The notes beneath the pieces were generated by a model that was given only the letters and a program-made list of their open reading frames with translations, was not told the origin of the DNA and did not search any database. The translations under genes were made by a program, and so were the position numbers. A stretch of DNA of 64,000 bases from Macrostomum lignano (Eukaryota), in the NCBI GenBank assembly GCA_002269645.1, contig NIVC01000038.1, positions 1,116,001 to 1,180,000 on the forward strand, given 5' to 3'. Shown one piece after another: positions 46,981-60,500 of this stretch; positions within the stretch are counted from its first letter, which is position 1, and the number at the start of each line of letters is the position of its first letter.

Positions 46981-48674
46981 AGGGTTGCTCAATCGTGGAA
47001 AAAAGTTCAGAGCACTGGCAGAAGCAGCGCTCGCGGAATTTTAATTAAAACAGCCAGCAGTCCGAGCTTCCCGCAGAAGTCGAGCCAGCATCCCCGTCGC
47101 GAGAAATCTATAAGATCGGCTGGGGCGCGTGCGTGCCAGCAGCCTCATCGCGATCCGCGAGTCCTCAAAGCCCCAGGGGAGCAGCTTCTGTAAGTGTTAA
47201 TTGCCGAGTTTTTCCTTCACAAGTCGGGCCTGAGGCGGTCTCAGTTTTTACGAGTAGGAGGCCTCCCTCTCAATCTCACTTCCCAATGTCTCCAGTGTGT
47301 GTTGAAGTTGCAGTGCCGAAAATCGAGTCATATATTGTATTTTACACTGTACATTTTCATGCAAGTTTGCAGAGAAGTTTGCTAGGAAATTATGTAGACG
47401 TCAGGTACATGCATGTAAAGTAGAAATATACATGACTCACCCAGTCCAGCAAATGCTCATTCGAATTGTGGCCATTAAAAAATGCAAATTTATAACAAAA
47501 AATCAATAATGATGAAATTGTTTCTTGGAAAATGTGCTGCAACTTTGAGAAATGTAAAGTTTATTTGCTGAAAAAAGATGTCACTTTTTACGCAACATGT
47601 ACTTCTGCGATGTACATGCACTGTTAAGAACTGGGTGTACTTTTGAACTGTTTTGCAACAGGTTCACAGTTATTACAGTTCACAACAAAAAATATATTTA
47701 GTTAGATTTGACTACCAAAAAACTACTAGCTAGAAACGTAGCTTTTACCTTATTGGCTATTTAATTAAAACGAAAATGAAATTCACGAAATTAATTAAAT
47801 TAAAACGAAACGATAACTACTTATAACAAAGATACAGTGAGAAATATTTGTCAGCGTGATTCATTTTGATTCGTCTGAAGCTATAATCATAATTTATTTT
47901 GCCAAGTGAATGATATACCTACAATGTATAACATGTAAAATGTATGAAATTTTGATGTAATATTCGAATATGTGCAGTAAATAAATTTTTCGTTATTGGA
48001 GAATATACAGCACATCGTGTTTCATAAGTACATAGTGCTTAAATTCCACACTAAAATATTGTAAAAACGGTGCATTGAAAATCGTTTATAAACTATTGTA
48101 TATAAGCAAACTATTCATTATTGTTAGTTTCAAATATGAAATAGAATTTCAAAGTTATTTTAAATATTACGCTTACTTTCTGAGAAAGAGAAATATTTGT
48201 TAAAATCAACGTGCTAAAATTTCAAAATTAAAACAGTATACGGATTGTTTGACCTTTGATTAAAACAAAGTATATAATTATATAGTGTGCAAAATGAAGT
48301 GCATTTTATTGACTAAAGAGCTTCTAACTTACAACAAACACAGGCTTCAGAGACTGTAAGCGAGAGTAGTTAATGAACAATGTACGCAGAAAAAAAGTGC
48401 GTGAATATGTTGATAACTTCGATTTTATTGTTAAAATAAAATATCTGCCCAACAACTCGCTGGGGCCTCAACCTACTTTGTCTATATTATGGATATGGGA
48501 TAGAAACTATTTTTTCATGTCTTTCTTGTTTCCATAAATGTTGTGACAGTTTAGGCAACACTAATAAGCATGCTACGAATAATTGGAAACTATTTGTTGT
48601 TCTTTGTCCTGTTTAATACATGCTGCTCATCATTTTATATGACTGCATGGGCCTTGCTGCTGAGTCTTGCAATT

Positions 48675-50335
48675 CTACAATGTCGACTGCGCACCAGACG
48701 GCGGTGTCCACAGGTTCCTTTGCGACCTCTGCTGCTGCTGCTGCTGCTGCTGCTGCATGTGTCTCCGCGGACTTGCGGTTGCAGTTGACGACGTGGCTCC
48801 CGCCATCCCCGGTGGCGGAGGCGGCGGTGGCATCGGCGGAGGCGGCGGCGACTGCGACCGCTCGAAGGACTCCATGCGGTGCAGGTAGGCGGCCGGGGGC
48901 GGCGGCGGCGGCGGCACCGAGTGCGGAGGCGGCGGCGGCAGCGGGTGCATGGCGAAGTACTCGTTGTAGATGCCGGGATGATCGGCTGCGTCAGAGATCA
49001 GCGAGTGCTGCGGGTGCTGCTGCTGCTGATGGTGCGACTGTCGCAGCGAAGAGGACGAGTGCTGATGCCGGAAGCTGGCCCGGCCTCTGGAGTCGTCGAA
49101 CGAGCCGCTCTGCATCAGAGTCGCCACCGGCTGGTGCACAGGCGGCGGCGGCGGAGGTGGTGGTGGCGGCGACTGCATCTCTGCCTGCAGGATGTTCTTC
49201 TTTGAGCGGCTGCCGCGGCCGTACCGGTTGAGGGTAGCGATGCCGCCGGGCTCCTGAAAGAGCTCCCTGTTGCCCTTGGCCAGCCGGAGGCGCGGCATCT
49301 CCGTGCGACAGCAGCCACGCTTGCTGATCAGGCAGATGAACACGAACGGGTTGACGGCGGCGTTGCAGCAGGCGAAGATTGTCAGGGCCTTGTAGGCCAC
49401 CGGCTGTCCGTGGAAGTTCGGATCGACCAGGGTGAGGATGAACAGCGGATACCAGAACAGCACGAACAGAGCCGTCATGAGCAGCAGGGTGTACAGTTTG
49501 GTCATGGCGAATCGCTCCACTTTCTTCAACAGGGCCCTCTCTGCCACGTCGTCGACGCACTGATCGGCCATCATCTGATGCTGCAGCTGCGGGTGGCCGG
49601 ACGGGCTGAGGTCGGACGGGCCGCGATGGACTGGCGGATGATGCGCAGCAGATCCGATTGCAGAACTCCGCTGGTCGAGTTGGATTTGATGTCCTGGCGA
49701 AGCTTCTTCAAGTACATGATGGCCAGGCTCATGGCGAACGTCACCAGGATGATCCACAGCACGTGGAGCACGTAGTTCCGGGTCTCGCCGTAGCTAAAAG
49801 TGCAGTGACCGACTTTCTGGATGTAGCTCGGATTGCCAGGCAGGAAGGCGACGCCCAAGTTGAGAATGATGCTGGCGAACCAGATGGTGCTGATGCTGAA
49901 CAGGATGCAGCAGTAGTTGCCGCTGTCCTTCACCCCAGCGCTAAGGTCGGCAAAGACGTAAGCCTCGCTCATGACCATGGCCAGGATGTTGAAGGCCGTG
50001 CTGGTCACGCACACGATGAAGGAGCCGCCAAGAAGGTTGCAGAACATCGGCTCCTGGTCGTGCAGCAGGCTGTTGGCAAAGATCAGGCAGTAGAGCGACT
50101 TCAGCAGGTCCAGCAGGCAGTGGTGGAACATGAAGGCGTTCGCGGCCTTTCGCAGACGGCGGACGAACAGAATGACCAGTGCAATGCCGAAGTTGCCGAT
50201 GATGCCGACAATTCCAATGCAGATCAGCAGGCCGTATTCAGAGTATCGCGACAGGGTGATGGACGGTTCGTCTCTGCTGCTGGCTCCGCCGTTGACGCTC
50301 ATCATGACTTCTGGTGCCTGAGTGGCGCTGGCCAT
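48675..50335 (-). CDS. intronless class A GPCR (tentatively SREB/GPR85-like) with a Pro/His/Gln-rich tail and one frameshift in ICL3 (about 49600-49700)
   Basis: TM1-TM5 are in ORF 49571-50410 (ATG 50335; GIIGN, NAFMFHHCLLDLLK). TM6-TM7 are in ORF 48675-49757 (FVLFWYP, NAAVNPFVF). The subfamily call is by eye. Confidence 0.85.
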
Positions 50336-51074
50336 CTTGTCTAAAAAAGCTGACGGAATCAACAGCTGCTTTAATATTAATTCAAGATGCGAACAAGTGA
50401 ATGTGATCACAGAGGCGCTAAGCCTTACCTCGCCAGTCGGTCGGCCTACAAAGTTGCCAGGAGAAAGAATTGAGGAAAAGAAAACTTTTCTTGGCTTGGT
50501 TAACTTAAGAAAAGGGCTTATGTATAGGTTGGCAGAGGCCGGGCGCGCAGAAGAAGAAGGAGGAGGAAAGGAGGGGAAATGTCCGAGAGAGGGAGGCGGA
50601 CACGAACCTATAGGTTCAGTTGGGGTTCTCCGTCCACCTCCCTGTCCCTTAAATTTCTCTCTCCTTCAGCTGTCCCCCTGTTAGCAAAGCAGTCCCTCCC
50701 CCAAAGCCCAACTGACTCGCTCCTGCACCGTCTACCCTCGTTTATCCCCTCCCCCAAGTCCAAAATCCCCCCTCAGCCCCTCAGCCAAGACCTCCACGTC
50801 TCCGGCCTTCCCTCTCGTCCGCTGCATCCATCCCCGTCCCGACCTGATCGTCACTGCCCCCAGGCCAATCAACTGCGGGAAAGCAGTACTTTTAGCTGGC
50901 AGGCCTTGAGCTTAGAAAATCTATCCTCACCTCAATCGCCCCTTACTCTCGGCTCTCTCTCCCTCCTCTCTTACCCAGCTCCCTGTTTTTCTCCCAAGCC
51001 CGCGGCCGAGAGCTTTGCTTAGGATAGAGAGCGCGACGAGGTCGATCTGGACCCCTTTTCCCAGCTCTGTGCGA

Positions 51075-51213
<139 letters not shown>

Positions 51214-53063
51214 AACTCGAGGCCGGCCTGCACGCACGCGGCAACTCTTCAAAGTGAAAGCAATTTCGCCGGCACGCTCACTGCCGTCCCAATTCTCGAC
51301 CCTCCATGAGTTCCCCCCAAGTGCTTCAGAAACAGTTTTCTCTCTTCTCAAACCCGTGCGCAGTCCTCACCGCGATATCGGGCCGAAGCTCGATCACAAA
51401 ATAAACTCTCGTCAAGAAATCTCGTCTCCCCATGCAAGATCCTTTAGCTATATAGCGGCTCCACCCAAAATCAAACTTTTCTTTCATTGGGGGAAATGCG
51501 AATTATACTTTCGCATCTTATATATTGCATGCATATATACATATGTACCATGCTGGTACCGCAGTCCGACGTCTGTAGACAAGTATTATCAACGTCGCTG
51601 ACAAATACGTACATTACATTACATTTACATTAGATAACGTACGTAACGTCATACATGTAAGGTCGTCTACTGAACCATCGCTGTACTGTAAAAGTACTCA
51701 TTTGCCACTCACTCGTCGATAGACGTCGAAAACCGCGTTGGCCGACATTGTGGCCATATCAGATTGCTGCATGGGTATACATGTGCATGTACACTAAGAA
51801 TGCATGTACATTTTTCTCGTATCTACGTACGTTTAGTACAGTAGCATATTTAGAAAAATAGTTTTAACGAACTCGACTTTTAATTTTTCGTCTCTTTTAC
51901 ACGTTATTCGTCTAACATATCCAACATGTATTAGCACCTTAAAGTGAATTACATTCGGATGTGCTTTAATTTCCGCTCGTATTTTCATCAGACTTGCAAT
52001 ATAATACAAGAAGAGGTTTCTTGAAACTAGCTCAGCTTACTTCTTCTAAAAGTTCAAATAATATTGTTTATTGGGTTCTACAGCATATTTGCGGCTTATT
52101 TTGGTGTTATAATTAACAGTAGTATAACAAAAAAGAAGATTTAAAGCATTGCAAAACGAAATTTAAGGGTTGTACAAAACATTTCTGTGAAAAAGCTAAC
52201 ATAAGCAATCACAATAATTTCTTTTTGTTACGAAAGAATCTTTTTATCAAGTAATAGTGTATATTTAACTCGTACTTTTTCAGCGAAATAAGTGCGCAAA
52301 GCATGACTGCAAATGTGAATATTACCACTGACAAGGAACTAAAATAAATTTTTGCTTTAACAGCAGCTACTCTCTTGTTTTAATTCCGTTATGAACAATT
52401 TTTTAGTTATTTAGCTTTCATGATGAGCCGTTAAATAAAATAAAAAGTGGAAGGATATTTTACTTATTCGAATATCTGCTATAGTGGTCCATGAATTGCG
52501 AAGATTATATTTTCTGATACTCACGTAAACCGATTCTTTACTGCAGCTTTAAAATGTTAGACAACATAACAAAAAGAATTTTACTACTGAAACAAAATAA
52601 GTCTATATCTAGTTATATTTATTTAATACTATCAACTACTTTTTAATTAAATTAATTACTATTATTTAATTAAATATTTATTTCTTTATTATATGTTGTC
52701 TTCAGCCACTTTTCGAGTCAGAAACTCATTCAATTAAACTTATTTTAATAATATTATGGTGTTAATTAAAGTACACAAATTTCGCTGATTTCACCTATAT
52801 TTTTAGCAATAAGACATAATAAAGAATTGCTTAAGTCGAAAACCTATTTTAAACATTTTTAAAGGATTGAATCTTGTATTCTTAGCTCGCAAATTTGAAT
52901 TTAAATTTATGTTTAAATTTTTCACAGAAATTGCGGTTGAATTTCTGAATGGAATCAGAGCTTTAAAATCTAGTTTTTTAACTGTTGGTCACTCGAAGAA
53001 GCGACCTTTCTTTTCAGAAAAGACCAATTATATAGGCTGCTGATTCAGTCCAGGACTTCAAGC

Positions 53064-56000
53064 ATGAGTCAGTGGACGCAAATTTCGCACTTAACGCGAG
53101 TAGCCGACACTCCCAATGAGGACTTCTTGCAGTCGTGCTTCAGGCGGACCCCGACAAGCTGAGGGCGCATCTGACCGGTGGTCAGTCTCCTGATCAGATG
53201 TTCAATTTTAACGGCAGCTGCCTGTCGCCGCTACATCTGGCCTGCATCACCGGCAACTACCAGGCCGCTCAGCTGCTCACCCGGTCCTCAAAGCAGCCAG
53301 AAGTGAACGTCAATCGTCAATCGAGTCACGGAGAATCTCCACTTTTTGTGGCCTCTGCCTATGGTCACGACAGGTTGGTCAGCAGCTTGATTCTGCAGGG
53401 TGCGAACGTCGATCTGCCTCAGAAACTCGGCTGCACGCCGCTCTGGGTCGCTGCTCAGAACGGGCACCGCGCTGTTGTACAGCTGCTCATCGAGGCTCAG
53501 GCCAACGTGAATCAGTCCAGAACAGACGTCCGGTCCACGCCGCTCTACATGGCCGCTCAGAACGGACACTGGGAAATTGTCACCAGCTGGTCTCAGCTAT
53601 GGCCGATGTTGACGCGCAGAAAACTGACGGCTGCTCGCCAATGTACATCGCTGCTCAGAATGGTCATCGGCAAGTGGTGGCTGCGCTGCTCAAAGCTCAA
53701 ACAACCCTCGACCTGCAACAGGAGCGAGGCAGGACTGCCATCTACGCAGCTGCACAGGAAGGCCACGCGGAGGTTGTCGAGGTGCTCAGTCGGGCAGCCG
53801 CAGACGTCAATATTCAGCAAGTTGATGGTGCAACTCGTTGCTCATCGCGACGCAATTCGGCCACCGTCAGATTGTTCGCTGCTTGTTGGAGCTCGGAGTT
53901 CCTGACGTCAATCTTGCCGAGTTCAGCGGTGCTACGCCAATGTACATCGCATCGCAGGAGGGCCATGTTGAGATAGTGCAAGGCACTGGTCCAAGCCATG
54001 GCGGACATCGATCAGGCCATGCTGAACGGCAGCACTCCTTTGTACGCTGCGGTACAAAATGGACGCAAGTTGGTGGTGCAGAACTCATCAAGGCGAAGGC
54101 AGCTGTCCAACCAGAAACGGCACACCTCTGCACACCGCTCTATGGTGCATCCTTCCTGGGCGATCGGTCTATAGTGGACAGTTTGCTAAAACTCGGAGCA
54201 AATCCAAATTTGGACTGTGGTATTTCCGTAATTCAGCCAGCGCTTCACGTAGCCGTACATTGCAACCAGCTGCCAATAGTACTCAGCCTCATCAAAGCTC
54301 AAGTTGAAGTCAATCAAATTGGCGAGCTGGGCACAACAGCTCTGTACACAGCGGCGCAGGAGAACCACTGGAAGATTGCGCGTGCTCTGGTTGAAGCGAA
54401 CGCGGATGCGGATGCCACGTTGCATCCGGAAGGCGCGGCACCGATTCACATCGCCAGTCAGTTGGGCCACCATCGAATTGTCCAACTGCTCGCTAAAGTC
54501 GCCCTGGCCGACGTGAACCTTCGGCTAAGCAGCGGGCGCACAGCTCTGCACCTGGCATCACAAGCTGGTCACGCGGCTTCGGTAAAAATTTTGTTGAGCG
54601 TTCCTCAGATCGACATGAATCTCACAGACTCAACCGGCTGCTCGGCGCTGCTCGCTGCTTCGCGAGAGGGCCACACAAACACGGTGGATCTGCTGCTGGC
54701 TGCCGGAGCCGTCCCCGAGTTGAAGGCTCACGACGGAATAACGCCGATGTTGATTTCCGCACTGAATGGCCACAGGAAGGTTCTAGATAGGTTGACAAGT
54801 TACCGTTCGACCATGAAACTCTCGGTTGATAATTATTTTCCAGCGTAAGTCCGAGCGGGCCCAGTAGTAGATTTCGTTGAGATGCTTGCACCAGAATGCG
54901 GAGGATTTTGCTGGGGGTTCCTAGCATTCCATTCCACTAACCCCTGGCGACCACGGGCAGCTGGTGCTGCGGTGTCTCGCAGGGAGATCCGGTGGTGCCA
55001 ATATCCATAGCGCAATCTCCCTCCAGAGAGTCCAGGAGGTGAATAGTGCTCGCCCGGTAGCCCTTTGGTTGCGGATGAGCTGGCAGAGATTCTCAGGTTT
55101 GGGCCGAAGTAGCTAGGTGTCAGCTCGTCCTGAGTAAATTCTAGGGGCATTCACAGATGAAATGCTCCGCATTCTCGACACCGGAGAGGCAAAATGGGGT
55201 GCTCAGGGGTCAGCGAATAGGTACCTTCTCACGGCTGCGACTTCCCTCCAGTGAAAATAAAATAACTGACGATAAACTTTCCATCCTTGATCAGGTCAAC
55301 AGCAAGTGAGCAGAGTCTGCTGGTGCACCAGTCAATGCTCCGTGCTGGCTTCACCAGGTCCAGGGCGGCACTGCAGACTGCGGCTGCCGAGGTTCTGCAC
55401 CAGCTGGTCCCTGCGCGCAGTCGGTGTGATAAAGAGAATAAAATATTTGTTATGGGCAGCTTTGCTGAAGGCTGGGGCAGCTGCATGGCCTCGTTAAATG
55501 GCGACATCGATCCAGACTCCGACATCGACTATTTGATGATTGACACAAACCAACTGTTTCACTTGAAGAACTATTGCCGCTGCAGGCATCCTGATCCAGC
55601 TAGCGTTAGAAAAACTGTTGAATACTGCAACGGTGAAATTACCTGCGATGATTTTGGTAAGTGGAATTGCAACGTTCTTAAGTAAACCTTCTAGTCTATA
55701 CTGTTGCTTTATAACTTTAATCTCTGTTAAGCCCAAAGTTGACGGTTTTATCTCATTTTTAGCGTCAAATTGTTCTACAAAACATGTCGAAACTGGCAAC
55801 AAATCTTTGGGGCCAGCGATTCACCTGGAGACCGCCCTCAGTCTGTGCTGCTATCCACCCATGGCAGTGTTGCAGCCTCAAAATGACTCCAACATGTCAC
55901 AGAGGGTGCTGGACTTGCTCCGGCAAGAGATCACCTCAACGCCCTGTCATTTGGTACGTGCCGCATCTCCAGGATCTGCTGGCTCGCAGTTCCGCGTGAG

Positions 56001-56997
56001 CACCGCCTTTTTAGAGAGGAAGCTGATGCAAAATCTCACGACACTGCAAGGTCAGCTGTTTGTTATTATCAAATATCTGTTTAAACGAGTTATTAGCAAC
56101 TGTGTGCCGGGTTTGAAAACATATCACGCCAAAACTCTCCTGTTCCGAATGCTTGAAGCGACACCGGCTGATCAGTGGAGACCGGAGAATCTCTTCAGTC
56201 TCACTCGACATGCCTTGCAGATGATGCTAAACTACGTTGAGCAGAGTTGCAATTTGAAGACATTCGATGGACAAATCATGAGGCACTTCTTTCTGAGTGA
56301 TGCTGCCTTGTACTTGCAAGGACAAAGTCGGGACACAGCGATGAAAATTGCTCAATGCCTAATTGAGTTGATTCACCAACTGCCGTACATACTGGCAGAG
56401 TTCAACGATGGTCTTGCCAGCATTCCTGATTCTGAAAATTTCAGCTTTCATCCATTTCTACTGCTACTAACGCTGGAAGAGAAACCCAAGCCACTAATTG
56501 AAGCTTCTATTGAAAAATTTGCTTTGGAAATTCAGTATCTCAGTATTTATGACAACGTGAAAGAAGCACTTGTTATGCTAGACGAAGACGACACAAGCTC
56601 CGACTGTAGATCTGTCTTAGATGATGTCATTGCGCGCCTGCCTGACTGCGCCAGCAAAAGCCGAGAGACTCTGCGAGCTCTGTCTTGCATCAAGTTCGGC
56701 CGTCTGGAAGCTGCGTCAGAGGTGCTGCTGAGTAGCCGGCAGCCCGAGGTCCACCGGGGCATCAGCTGGAAGGAAGAGCTGTCCCAGTTTGAACCAACCA
56801 AGGAGCTTGTCTGGCAGCACCTGAGAAGTCATGACTCTGCTTGGAAATTCCACTTGAAATTTGATTCACCAATAAAGTTTAACTTTTTGTCCGTAAACAA
56901 TATTTTCTCGACCTGTCTGCTTATAAGCGGCAATGAAATTTATGTCAACTTCGAGGCTCTGCATCGCAGCCTCAGTGTGGCTCTGTGTCGGTCGTAA
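53064..56997 (+). CDS. ankyrin-repeat plus Mab-21/cGAS-like nucleotidyltransferase (cGLR-type) gene; about 5 single-base frameshifts in the ankyrin exon
   Basis: About 16 ankyrin repeats at 53.1-54.8 kb. Phase-2 intron 54845-55294 joins FPA/STASEQ. NTase motif FVMGSFAEGWG...DSDID. Phase-1 intron 55657-55762. Mab-21 core CHLV...FRVSTAFLERKLM...IIKYLFK...LKTYHAKTLLF. Stop at 56995-56997. Confidence 0.85.
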
Positions 56998-57599
56998 CTG
57001 GGCTGAGGAACTGAGGAACTGCTGACTCGGAGCATTGTCAGTGTTTGCTCAGAAAGTGGAGCGGCACCCTTGACAACTATTCAAGTTCGGAAAACTTCAG
57101 TAGCTTCATAAAGTTTATTCCTTATTCGATGGAAATCTAAAGAAACTCAATCATCATGTCTAAACATCAAATTTAACCTTCTTTAGAGAAACTGTTTTCT
57201 TTTCTTTTAAAGAACCTATCATAAGTTTTTACTTTTAAAAAGCAAATAAAAAGAACTAAATCATTTATTTTTTTGCTTTCGAAGCATGATGGGCTGGAAA
57301 TTACAGACCAGTGATTGTTAAGTGACAAAGCTGCATTGTGTGTGCTGAATTGCTTGTTTATTTTTTTAGCTAATAACATAATTTGAACTCAAAACTGTAC
57401 AAAATTTGAATTTGAAAATTGTGACTTTCAATAAGATTACGAGCTTAAACTTAACGAGCTATAATGAACAAAAGTTTATGACGGACGCATTCGCCTAAAA
57501 AGGCACTAGCTAGAGAAGCGATCGCTTACAAAGGACTAGACGGATTTGCATTTTACTTGTATTCTACTCGCAGTAGTTTAACTCTTAGATTCAACGAGC

Positions 57600-60500
57600 T
57601 CAGGGCGAGCCCGGGAAGTCCCTGCCGCTGCCGTAGCCGCTGCTGCTGTCCCAGCTGACGGTGGACTGAACCACCGCTGGCGGTTGACATCGAGGCCGAC
57701 GGCGACGCAGGCTCGAGTCTGGGAAGCCGCCGCCAACTTGAAAGTCTCGCAGAAATTCGCAGTCGTCCGCGGTTTCGTCCGCGTCAGCAAGGGCGAACAA
57801 ACTCAGCGACGCGTTGCCTAGCAACTGACTTGACGACGGGGGCGTCGCAGTGGACAGCAGCATCAGCTGGGCCGTGCCGTCCTCGGCCTCCAGGCTGCAG
57901 AGGCGAAACCCGACCGAGGACAGCAGATCGTGACAGCCGTCGCGACGCCACAACGTTGAAGGAACCGTCAAACAGGCGGCTGTCGTGGCCACCTTCGACG
58001 CTTCGTCGAGCAGTCTGCCGAGACTCTCCAGACAGTCGCTTTCGCTGCCGACTGCAGCGAGGAAGCGACGCAGCGCCAGCACAGCGGCATCGGGAAGGCT
58101 AATCAGGGCTCGAACTCTGGCCCCGGCTGCCTCCAAGTTGGTTCCCAACCAATGATAAGAGGCTTGAGACTCTGTCGGCGCGGTTTCCAAGTATTGTAGC
58201 AGAGACCTAAGGAAGCGACGAACTTCTACAAGCCCGACAAAGTCACCGCCAGAGTGCTGCTGCAGGCTTGCCAGAAGAACTTGTCGAAGCATCCAACTAG
58301 CAGAGCCAGTCACGGATGGTAAACGCGTCCCGACGTCTCCTAATAGGATTAGTGGGTTGCTAGGCACGCTAGTATGGTTTCCATGGTCAGCCGTAGCTGT
58401 TTTTACAGCTTCAGTGACTCTTCCACCGCCAAATTCACCGCTGCACGTGAGAAGCTTTGAATACACCTGACTGAGCAGGCTTGGCTTCAGGCAGATGAGC
58501 ACAGCTCGAGCTCCTGCAGTCAGCAGAGTCTCAGCTTGCCTAATCAGCAAGCTCAATTGAATTGAGTTTAGCGAAATAGCCGACTCAGTTGAGCAGCTGA
58601 TCACCACGAGTCGAGCTGCAATCGTCAGATGCTCGGTCTCTAAAACAGCTGCGGTTGGAAAAGTTCCCATACTGATGTGGATGACTTCTTTTGCATGAGA
58701 TGCCAGTTGCTTTAGCTGACACAAGGGCCGGTAGATGCAGGCTGCTGGGCGTTTTTCTCCACTGTCAGGGCTGCCCAATAAGAATTCGTTTGCTTGTTCC
58801 TCCTCTCTGTCTGTTAATGCTAACAATCGACAGGTGGGTTCAACTGCAGGTGCCCTAGAAGTTCCCCGCTGCAGCTTCCTCCATCGTACGCAGTGGCTCA
58901 AACTGGGCGCCATGGCAACTGAAACTTGTCTATCTAGCAGTCCAGTCGTCAGAGGGATTTTCAGCATCCTCTCGGCGTCGCAAACCACAGTCAGCCTTTG
59001 AATGAGTTCTCTAGAACTGCAAAGAGCCCGAGTCAGTTCTCGTACTGTCGAAGTTACAGCTTCTGAGCTAGCGGAGTCAACTTTTGCGCTCCTGCCAGTC
59101 CAGCCTCCTCGCTTGGACGAAGTCAGGAGCCAGACCAGCAGCTGGCGTTCGCCCGCCCAGCTGATGCACAGCACAGCTTCCCTATCATCCAGGTCAGTCA
59201 GCAGCACTTCTACCGCATCCGCATCCATATCTAAGCAGGTGCCGTCGAGCGCCAAATGCAGTCGCCGTTCAAACTGCTCCAGCGCGCCCCGCCAGTCGCC
59301 CAAAGCTGCCAGGATTCGCTGCAGCCCGTCGAGACACTCGCCTAATGCAGCAACGTCGGATTGTTCATGGTCGACACTGCCAGTCTCTTCGTTGCTCTGC
59401 CTATTCAGCGTCTTCAACTGCCCATCAGTCGCGAGCATCAGAGCATTTCGAGCCTCATCAAGACGGCCCAGCTGCTTCAGTGCAAGTCCGCCTTGATGAT
59501 TCAGTAGCAGCAGCGGCTGGCGAGAAAGCTCCGGGGAGCAGTCGTGCTCACAGTTGGATTGATCGTCAGCGTTGCCTTTCGAGAGCTCAATTGTCTCCAA
59601 GGCAGCCTGGGCGTCTCCAGCCTTGCGCTGACTCTCAGCCAGCGCTGCTCGCGCTCGAAGGCGCCCCGAAGGCGTCGGCGCAGCTGCCAGCGCTGCTCGT
59701 TGCCAGGCGACCGCTTCGGACCGGCGGCCGGCGAGCAGCCGCGCCCTGCCCAGCCAGCCGGCGGCGGCGGCCTCGCGCGAGCGGCAGCCGACCCGACGAG
59801 CGGCGGTCAGCTGAGCGGCGAAGCAATCGCCGGCTGATTGAAGGTCCGGCGACTCGGACGACTGCAACAGCAGCAGGCGGCCCATGGCTTCGTAGGCATC
59901 GGCAGTAACTGCGTCAGTTGTGGCGCTGGAGACAGCGGCTGGTCTCGCTGCAGAAGCCATTGACAGGCATTTTTCGGTGCAGAGCAGAGCCTGCTGAAAG
60001 TCTCCGCACCTCTCATGACATTCAGCCAGCTTGATGAGAATGACAGTTCGAGCTAGCCATTTAATTTCCAAGGCGCTCTTTGAAACATTTTGCTCCTCTG
60101 AAGTTGCAGCGACGCTGCAAGCCTCGCAGGAGCAGCTCGAACAGTTTCTGATCGCTTGCAATCCGGCAACTCCCGCAGCTCTCTGCGGTGCCGTCCAGTT
60201 GAATGGTTTCGATGACTCACTTTCGTCAGTTGAGTTCAATACGCCAAGACAGCGCTGGTAGCAACTGACAGCTCGTCTCTGCTGACGCAATCTTTGATAA
60301 CAATCGCCCAGCATAAGCAGCAAGTCGGCCTTGAAGCATTCAATAATTCTGTGTTGGTCTCCAGTTTCTCTGCTGTCAAGCAGGCTTTGCAATTTCTCCA
60401 GTTGCTTTGCAGCCTCGGACCAGTGCTTCGCCGACATCAGCGCTGCAGCGAGACGAAATACTGCTGTCGAATCAGAGGATTCGCTCACTTTAACCGCGTC

